This document shows positions 58,040-64,000 of a DNA stretch of 64,000 nucleotides, piece after piece. Made by a program: the position numbers and the translations under genes. The notes under the pieces are model-generated. The model ran no database searches. It worked only from the letters and a program-made list of their open reading frames with translations, and had not been told where the DNA came from. This DNA is from Myxococcota bacterium (GTDB lineage: Bacteria; Myxococcota_A; UBA9160; UBA4427). Numbering within the stretch: position 1 is the first letter of the stretch; each line of letters begins with the position of its first letter. Location: NCBI GenBank assembly GCA_965250285.1, contig OZ252299.1:2368001-2432000 (forward strand), given 5' to 3'.

Positions 58040-58825
58040 ATGAGCCCTCCCATTGTCTTCATCCACGGAACGAACGCCGGCCCGTGGACTCTGTCGAACT
58101 TCAGCACGCACTTCGCCGACCTCGGCTTCGAGTGTCACAGCCCCGCGTACCGCGACCACGACCCCTCGCCGACGATCGACGACGCCGCCCGACTGGTCGG
58201 CACGAGCATCGCCGACTATGTCGACGACATCGCGCGCGCGGTCGCGGGCCTCGCCGAGCCGCCGATTCTCGTCGGCCACTCCCTCGGCGGCGTGGTCGCG
58301 CAGAAGCTCGCGAGCCGCGGCCTCGCCCGCGCGATCGTGCTGCTCAACGGCAGCGTCAACTGGGGCGTGTTGCCGACGACCCGCGAAGAGCGTGAGCTCG
58401 CCCGGGCGTTCATCGCCTCGGGGGCCTTCTGGGAGCAGGCCCCGCCCCCCGACTTCGACACGATGATGCGGTTCGGCCTCAACAAGCTCGCTCCGCGCGA
58501 CCGCCGCGACGTGTTCGACCGACTCGGTCCCGAATCGGGTCGTGTCCTCTTCGAGCTCTTCTTCTGGATGTTCGACGAGCACGAGACGACGCGCATCGAC
58601 TACGACGCCTGTCGCTGTCCGGTGCTCATGGTGTCGGGGAGCGACGATCTCGCGATCCCGCCATCGACGGCGCGGCTGATCGCCGCACGCTACGGCGACC
58701 GCGCCACCTTTCACGAAGCGAAGGGCCACGGCCACTACCTGATGCTCGAGGCGGGCTGGCGCGAGATCGCCGAGCGCTGCGCGACCTGGATCGAGGCCCA
58801 GGTCGGGCGCACGTCGCCTGCCTGA
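58040..58825 (+). CDS. Alpha/beta hydrolase (Ser nucleophile)
   Basis: FIHG, VGHSLGG, SGSDD, GHYLMLE. Confidence 0.9.
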   Translation: MSPPIVFIHGTNAGPWTLSNFSTHFADLGFECHSPAYRDHDPSPTIDDAARLVGTSIADYVDDIARAVAGLAEPPILVGHSLGGVVAQKLASRGLARAIVLLNGSVNWGVLPTTREERELARAFIASGAFWEQAPPPDFDTMMRFGLNKLAPRDRRDVFDRLGPESGRVLFELFFWMFDEHETTRIDYDACRCPVLMVSGSDDLAIPPSTARLIAARYGDRATFHEAKGHGHYLMLEAGWREIAERCATWIEAQVGRTSPA

Positions 58826-58986
58826 GCTCGATCGGCTGGCTCTGGTCGTGCCGACCCCCGACGTGTGTGGTTCCCGACCTATCCCGCTGCGACAAGCGAA
58901 GGCGTAGAATCCCCGCCGGGTGCCGGCGCCGAGCCGGCACGCCGCACAGCCGCCGATTCACTCTGCACGCTTTTGGGGGAGCACGC

Positions 58987-59739
58987 ATGGAATACGAGAT
59001 TCGGGAGAAGACCTTCGGAGAGATCCTCGACACGTCCTTCGCGCTGTTGCGGAACCACTTCGTCCCGCTTTGCCTGCCCTACCTACTGATCTCGATCCCG
59101 GGCGGTCTCGCGGCGGGCTACATGGGCTCACCCGAGCTCGAAGCGCAGCTCGAGTCGGGCCAGTTTCCGTCGGAGTGGCTGGGCGCGCTCGGTTTCTCGG
59201 TCGTCTTCGGCATCCTCGTGGCGCCCGTCGCCATGTACGGCATCACCGAGTTCATCAGCAGTCACTACCGCGGGCGACCCGTCTCGATCGGCGATGCCTG
59301 GCGAGCCGGTGCGCGTGCGTACATGCCGCTGATCGGGACGACGCTTCTCGCCGGCTTGCTGATTCTCCTCGGCACCCTTCTCTTCGTGATCCCCGGCATC
59401 TACCTCGCCCTGGCCCTCGCCTTGATCACGCCGATCATCGTGATCGAAGGGCGGTTTGGAACGAAGGCGATCTCGCGCAGTCGAGAGCTCACGAAGGGCA
59501 GCCTCTTTCGCATCTTTGGGCTCTATGTCGTGGTCTTCGTCCTGAGCTCGGTCCTGAACTTCGGCGGCTCGTTGCTATCGCTCGGCGACCCTTGGATCGC
59601 AGCGGGCTTTCAGACGATCGCAAGCGCGATCGCGCAACCCTTCGGCTTTGCCGCAACGGTCGTGCTCTACTACGACGTCCGCTGCCGAAAGGAAGCATTC
59701 GATCTCGAACACCTGAGCGACACCGTCGCACAGGCGTGA
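58987..59739 (+). CDS. Integral membrane protein (GDPD membrane-domain-like)
   Basis: REKTFGEILD.SF, LFVIPGIYL, IEG...AISRSRELTKG, LYYDVRCRKEAFDL. Confidence 0.8.
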   Translation: MEYEIREKTFGEILDTSFALLRNHFVPLCLPYLLISIPGGLAAGYMGSPELEAQLESGQFPSEWLGALGFSVVFGILVAPVAMYGITEFISSHYRGRPVSIGDAWRAGARAYMPLIGTTLLAGLLILLGTLLFVIPGIYLALALALITPIIVIEGRFGTKAISRSRELTKGSLFRIFGLYVVVFVLSSVLNFGGSLLSLGDPWIAAGFQTIASAIAQPFGFAATVVLYYDVRCRKEAFDLEHLSDTVAQA

Positions 59740-59865
59740 CCCCATCCGAGCCCGGTCGCGGCGCTGCCGCGATCGCCCGCCTTCGCCCGGGACGCCGCCG
59801 CGATCGACCGGTGTTTCGGCAGACGGCAGTGCCGGCGCTACGATCTCGTCTCGAGGCGATCGAAT

Positions 59866-60489
59866 TTGAAGACCGTGTCCGACCAGCAGGTGCGCGAACT
59901 GGCGACCGAGATCCTGAGCCAGCCCGAGTATGCGCGCTTTCGCTATCGGGATCCGGAGTGGCCCGCCTGGGTTCGGGCGATTATCGACCAGATCGACGCG
60001 CTCCTGGCCTCGATCGGCCGAATCTACGTCGAGAGTCCCGCGGCGTACTGGGCGCTCGTCCTCGGCCTCTTGCTGATCAGCGTCGCCCTGTTCGCCCATG
60101 TGATCTACTCCGTGCGGCGGGCGCTCGCGATGGTTCCGCCGGCGGACGAAGCCCACGGAGTCGAAGGCTATGTCGACCTGGCCCGACGGGCCGACGAGGC
60201 CGCCTACGCGGGCGGCTACCTCGATGCAGCGCGATACCTCCAGCTCGCCAGCATCGAGCTGCTCGTGAAGCGCGGCTGGCTCGAGCTCGCCCGATCCGAG
60301 CCGAACCCGGTCCTGCGTGAGCGTCTGGCGCAGTCGGCGCTCGCGCCCGAGTTGGAAGACGCCATGCACGATCTGGTCGACCGACTCGAGGTCGGGCAGT
60401 TTCGCGATCACGCGGCCGGGCAGGCCCTCTACCACGATTGGCGTCAGCTCTACGGCCAGCTGAACGATCTGGAGCCGCACGTCTCGTGA
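59866..60489 (+). CDS. DUF4129-like membrane protein
   Basis: EILSQPEY, one TM helix, ADEAA..G.Y.DA.RYL; position in the MoxR operon. Confidence 0.72.
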   Translation: MKTVSDQQVRELATEILSQPEYARFRYRDPEWPAWVRAIIDQIDALLASIGRIYVESPAAYWALVLGLLLISVALFAHVIYSVRRALAMVPPADEAHGVEGYVDLARRADEAAYAGGYLDAARYLQLASIELLVKRGWLELARSEPNPVLRERLAQSALAPELEDAMHDLVDRLEVGQFRDHAAGQALYHDWRQLYGQLNDLEPHVS

Positions 60490-61904
60490 GCAACGCCCGT
60501 GCATCGGCTTTCGTGCTGATCATCCTGCTGCTGACCTTCGGCGTCTATCGAACGCAAACCCAGCTTCGTCCCGACCGCACGATCGACTCGTACGGAACCA
60601 ACGGGGCCGCGTACGGCGCAGCCTACGAGCTGCTCGGCGCACTCGGAACAGAAGTGCGCCGCAACGTACGTCCGCCCACGTCTCTCGATGGAGGGCCCGA
60701 TGGCACGCCTTCGACGATCTGGTGGCTGAACGGAAGCCACCAGGTCTGCCTGGGCGAGACCGATGAGTCATGGGCGCCCCAGAGCTGGGTCGACGCCGGC
60801 GGCACGGCGATCGTCTTTCTCCAGCCCGGCAACCCGTCATGTGACGTCGTCGGGCGATTCATGCTGCCGCCCCTCTCGCTGCCGCCCGAGCCGCCCGAGA
60901 CCGATTGCCCGATCGGCGAAGACGGCGAAATCGAGCGGGCGGGCGCCGACGAGAGGGCGTTGGCAAACGAGCGCGGCGACGAGCCGGGCGACCGCACCGA
61001 GACGGCCGCGAGCGCAGACGGCGGGCTCGCCGTGGATCACGAAATCGATGCTCCGGTCGCAAGCGGGCCTAAGGGTGCGCCCGAAGACGTCGACCCCGAG
61101 CGATCGGAGCCCTGCAACGACGACGACTCGGTGCTTGCAGACCTGCGCGCCACGATCGCGAAGCCCATTGCGTCGAGCGACCCCGAGTGGATCGATGGCC
61201 CGGTCGCGCGCGCGCCGCGCGATCTCTCGATCGCCGGCCTCGCGCGCTTCGACGAGCCGAGTGACGATGGCCCGTGGCAGGTCGTCGCGCGCCTCGACGG
61301 CGATCCCTTCGTGCTCGAAGCGCGCTCGGGGGCGGGCCGCATCGTCGTCGTCGCAGATGACCGCTTCGTCACGAACCGCTATCTCGACTTCAATGACGCG
61401 TCACTGCTCGTCGTGGATCTCGCTGCCACCTACGGGCCGCCCGTCTTCGACGAGTTCTCGCACGGCTACCGCCCGGAGGGCGGCGTGTTGCCCTACCTCG
61501 CGACATCCCCGGCTTGGCCCGTGTTCGCATCGATCGTCCTGATCGGCGCGCTCGTCCTCTGGCGCGGCAGCGCGATCCCCCGCCGCGTGGTCGACGAGGC
61601 CGATCCGCGAGCACCGGCCCTCGAGCCGTTCGTCGAATCGCTGTCGAATCTATACGCTGCGTGCGCAGACCAGGCCGGCATCCTGGGTCACTACCGCGAA
61701 CAGATCGTCGACCGAGCGCGGCGTCGTCATCACCTGCCGGTGGGCACGTCGCGCAGGGACGTCCTCGAACACGCGAGCACCGCCGACCTGCCGGTCTCGT
61801 ACCTGGAGCGGGCCCTCGAAGCACCGCCGCCCGCGCGGGGGCGCCGGAGCTTCGAGCGTGAGACGGAGCGGCTCGACCAACTGCTGGAGAAGATGACCCA
61901 ATGA
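60486..61904 (+). CDS. DUF4350-like membrane protein
   Basis: N-terminal TM, SY..NG..Y.A.YELL, WVDAGG, GAGRIVVVAD..F.N..L, FDEFSHGY, second TM, FVESLSNLY; GTGA/ATGA overlaps with both neighbours. Confidence 0.75.
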   Translation: MSNARASAFVLIILLLTFGVYRTQTQLRPDRTIDSYGTNGAAYGAAYELLGALGTEVRRNVRPPTSLDGGPDGTPSTIWWLNGSHQVCLGETDESWAPQSWVDAGGTAIVFLQPGNPSCDVVGRFMLPPLSLPPEPPETDCPIGEDGEIERAGADERALANERGDEPGDRTETAASADGGLAVDHEIDAPVASGPKGAPEDVDPERSEPCNDDDSVLADLRATIAKPIASSDPEWIDGPVARAPRDLSIAGLARFDEPSDDGPWQVVARLDGDPFVLEARSGAGRIVVVADDRFVTNRYLDFNDASLLVVDLAATYGPPVFDEFSHGYRPEGGVLPYLATSPAWPVFASIVLIGALVLWRGSAIPRRVVDEADPRAPALEPFVESLSNLYAACADQAGILGHYREQIVDRARRRHHLPVGTSRRDVLEHASTADLPVSYLERALEAPPPARGRRSFERETERLDQLLEKMTQ

Positions 61905-62905
61905 ACGACCAAGACCCGACGTCGGACGCGCCCCCCGAACCGAAGCACGGTGCGGGCGGTGTCGCTCCGACGCCCGTCGAATCGCACTTCGACCGCCTCG
62001 AGGCTGCGATCTCGCGCGTCGTCGTCGGACAGCGAGAAGCGACGCGACTCGTCTGTATCACGCTGCTGACGGGCGGCCACGCGCTGATCGAGGGGGTGCC
62101 GGGCGTCGCCAAGACCCTGCTCGTGCAGTCGTTGGCGTCTGCGTATGGCCTGCGTTTCGGCCGGGTCCAGTTCACGCCGGATCTCATGCCGTCGGACATC
62201 ATCGGCACACCGGTGCTCGACCCGACGCTGGGCGAGGTTCGGTTTCGGCCGGGCCCGGTCTTCACCGATCTACTGTTGGCCGACGAGATCAATCGAGCAT
62301 CGGCGAAGACCCAAGCGGCCCTGCTCCAGGCGATGCAGGAGGGCGTCGTCACGGTGGACGGCGCGGCGCACGACCTCGGGCCCTGGTTCACGGTGCTGGC
62401 TACCCAGAACCCGGTCGAGCACGAAGGCACCTACCCCCTGCCCGAAGCCGAGATGGACCGCTTTCTGTTCAAGATCGTGATCGACTACCCGAGCGCCGAT
62501 CACGAGCGCGAGCTGATCACGCTCCATCACGCCGGCGGTCACACGCATGACACCGTCGAGGCGGTCGTATCGAACGACGAGCTGGCCCAGATGCGCGAGA
62601 TCGTTCGAAGCGTCACGGTCGCACCCGACGTCGTCGACTACGCCGCCAATCTGGTGCGCGCGACGCGTGACGGCGTGGGTTTCGTCCTCGGCGCGTCCCC
62701 CCGAGCCGCGGTCTGGCTCGTGCGAGCAGCCAAGGCCAGTGCGGCGCTCGCCGGCCGCGACTACGTGCTGCCCGAAGACGCCCAGACCGTCTTCGTTCCG
62801 TGTCTTCGCCATCGCGTTCAGCTCGACCCGGGGTTCGAAATCGAGGGGCTGACGCCCGACGAAGCGCTCGAGCGCTGTATGCGCGGCGTGGCCGTTCCGA
62901 GGTGA
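61901..62905 (+). CDS. moxR: MoxR-family AAA+ ATPase
   Basis: Walker A EGVPGVAKT, QFTPDLMPSD, Walker B LLADEINR, ATQNPVEHEGTYPLPEA, GASPR. Confidence 0.95.
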   Translation: MNDQDPTSDAPPEPKHGAGGVAPTPVESHFDRLEAAISRVVVGQREATRLVCITLLTGGHALIEGVPGVAKTLLVQSLASAYGLRFGRVQFTPDLMPSDIIGTPVLDPTLGEVRFRPGPVFTDLLLADEINRASAKTQAALLQAMQEGVVTVDGAAHDLGPWFTVLATQNPVEHEGTYPLPEAEMDRFLFKIVIDYPSADHERELITLHHAGGHTHDTVEAVVSNDELAQMREIVRSVTVAPDVVDYAANLVRATRDGVGFVLGASPRAAVWLVRAAKASAALAGRDYVLPEDAQTVFVPCLRHRVQLDPGFEIEGLTPDEALERCMRGVAVPR

Positions 62906-64000
62906 GCTTGTATCCGGCGCCGCGACTGATCTGGGGCGTCGCCGGCTTGACGGTCCTGGCGGCTGCGACCGTCGTCTTGCCCGCGCTCGCGCCCATGGCG
63001 TGGGCCTATGCGGTGGCCATCGTCGTGTTGGTCGTGTGGGATGCCCGCGTTCTGGTCGCTCGCGCGCGTCCCGTCGTCCTGCGACGACTGCCGCATCGAG
63101 CGTTCATCGGGCGCACGGCCCGCGCGCGCGTCGAGATCGAGGTCGCGGCAGCGACCTATCTCGACGTGCTCGAGGAGCTGCCGCGAGACGTCGCCGAAGC
63201 CGACCCGTTCTTCGAGCGTCGACCCGCGAGTCCACAGCAGCCGGTCGAGATCGAGTACGAATTGACGCCCCTGATCCGGGGCGAGCGCGCGCTGGGGCCT
63301 TCGATCACGTATGAATCGTCGTCGCTCGGACTGCTGTCGCGTCGCACCATTCACCCCCAGGAGCAGCGCCTCGACGTCTACCCCGATGTCGGCACCCTGC
63401 TGAGCGCTCACGCCCTCGACACGCGGCGCGTGCTCGCGACGCTCGGTATCCGCCCCGCGCTTCGGCGCGGAGACGGCTACGAGTTCGACTCGCTCCGAGA
63501 GCTCGGCCCGGATGACGACCCGCGTCGAATGGACTGGGCGGCATCGGCTCGCCGAGGCCGACCGATCCAGCGCATCTATCAGCGCGAAGAGAACAGCCGC
63601 GTCGTCGTGGCCCTCGATACCGGTCGACTCATGGCCGGACTGTCGAGCGGGCGATCGAAGCTGGATTTCGCCCTCGACGCAACGCTCGTACTGGCGTACG
63701 CGGCGCTCGCGTCGGGAGACCGTGTCAGCGTCGCCGCGTTCGACGACGAGCTCAGGCAATACACCGGACCGTTCGCGCATCGCAGTCAGCTGCCACAGCT
63801 GATCTCACAGATCCGCCGAATCCAGCCACGCTTCCTCGAAACCGACTACAAGACCCTGATTCGCGACCTGCGCGCACACGTTCGACAGCATTGCCTCGTG
63901 ATCGTGTTGACCGACTTCGTCGAAGCCGACCCCGAAACGAGCCGGGCGCTGGCTTTGCTCGCGGAGCGTCACCGCGTTCTGATCGTGGCCATTCGCGACC
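62902..64000 (+). CDS. DUF58 (vWA-like) protein, 3'-truncated by the window edge
   Basis: Manual translation from GTG 62902: N-terminal TMs, VYPD, GDGYEFDSLRE...DDPRRMDWAASAR, VVALDTGRLM, GDRV, VLTDF. It is absent from the ORF track because there is no stop in the window. Confidence 0.9.
   Translation, partial: MSLYPAPRLIWGVAGLTVLAAATVVLPALAPMAWAYAVAIVVLVVWDARVLVARARPVVLRRLPHRAFIGRTARARVEIEVAAATYLDVLEELPRDVAEADPFFERRPASPQQPVEIEYELTPLIRGERALGPSITYESSSLGLLSRRTIHPQEQRLDVYPDVGTLLSAHALDTRRVLATLGIRPALRRGDGYEFDSLRELGPDDDPRRMDWAASARRGRPIQRIYQREENSRVVVALDTGRLMAGLSSGRSKLDFALDATLVLAYAALASGDRVSVAAFDDELRQYTGPFAHRSQLPQLISQIRRIQPRFLETDYKTLIRDLRAHVRQHCLVIVLTDFVEADPETSRALALLAERHRVLIVAIRD

Noticed and set aside
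57785..58735. N-terminal extension of the flavin monooxygenase
   Set aside because: It is the antisense of the alpha/beta hydrolase. A strong RBS (GAGGAG) precedes ATG 57784.
1..64000. CRISPR arrays, tRNA/rRNA, IS elements, prophage, retron or other defence systems
   Set aside because: I saw no regularly spaced repeats, cloverleafs, or transposase, integrase, reverse transcriptase or nuclease motifs. Nearly all sequence is accounted for by the listed CDSs, although reading by eye could miss short degenerate repeats.

Overview
A very GC-rich (roughly 70% by eye), densely coding bacterial chromosomal segment with about 56 protein genes. I found no rRNA, tRNA, CRISPR array, transposase, integrase or phage gene. 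A PEP-CTERM protein, an OprB-type porin and the lipocalin Blc indicate a diderm (Gram-negative) cell. The gene mix resembles uncultured Myxococcota/Deltaproteobacteria-type heterotrophs, but that is inference only. Most genes are accessory oxidative, lipid or xenobiotic enzymes: 2 cytochromes P450, a GMC oxidoreductase with small subunit, a Baeyer-Villiger monooxygenase, a flavin monooxygenase, a desaturase, acyl-CoA ligase and dehydrogenase, SDRs, GST and hydrolases. Regulators are 2 TetR, MarR, LysR, an ECF sigma/NrsF pair, 2 hybrid kinases and a NarL regulator. The window ends in a DUF4129-DUF4350-MoxR-DUF58 operon. The best leads are: (1) a spondin-ECF sigma-NrsF-YHYH operon with a candidate ECF promoter; (2) a compact rifampin-phosphotransferase-like dikinase with an unrecognised central domain; (3) an amine/amino-acid oxidase coupled to an orphan 2-keto-4-pentenoate hydratase; (4) a fused kappa-GST/HCCA-isomerase pseudo-dimer; (5) a PEP-CTERM protein coupled to a serine-hydrolase lipoprotein; (6) several visible operator sites and an orphan LysR fragment. 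All family calls come from motif recognition by eye, not database searches, and many start codons were re-chosen manually.
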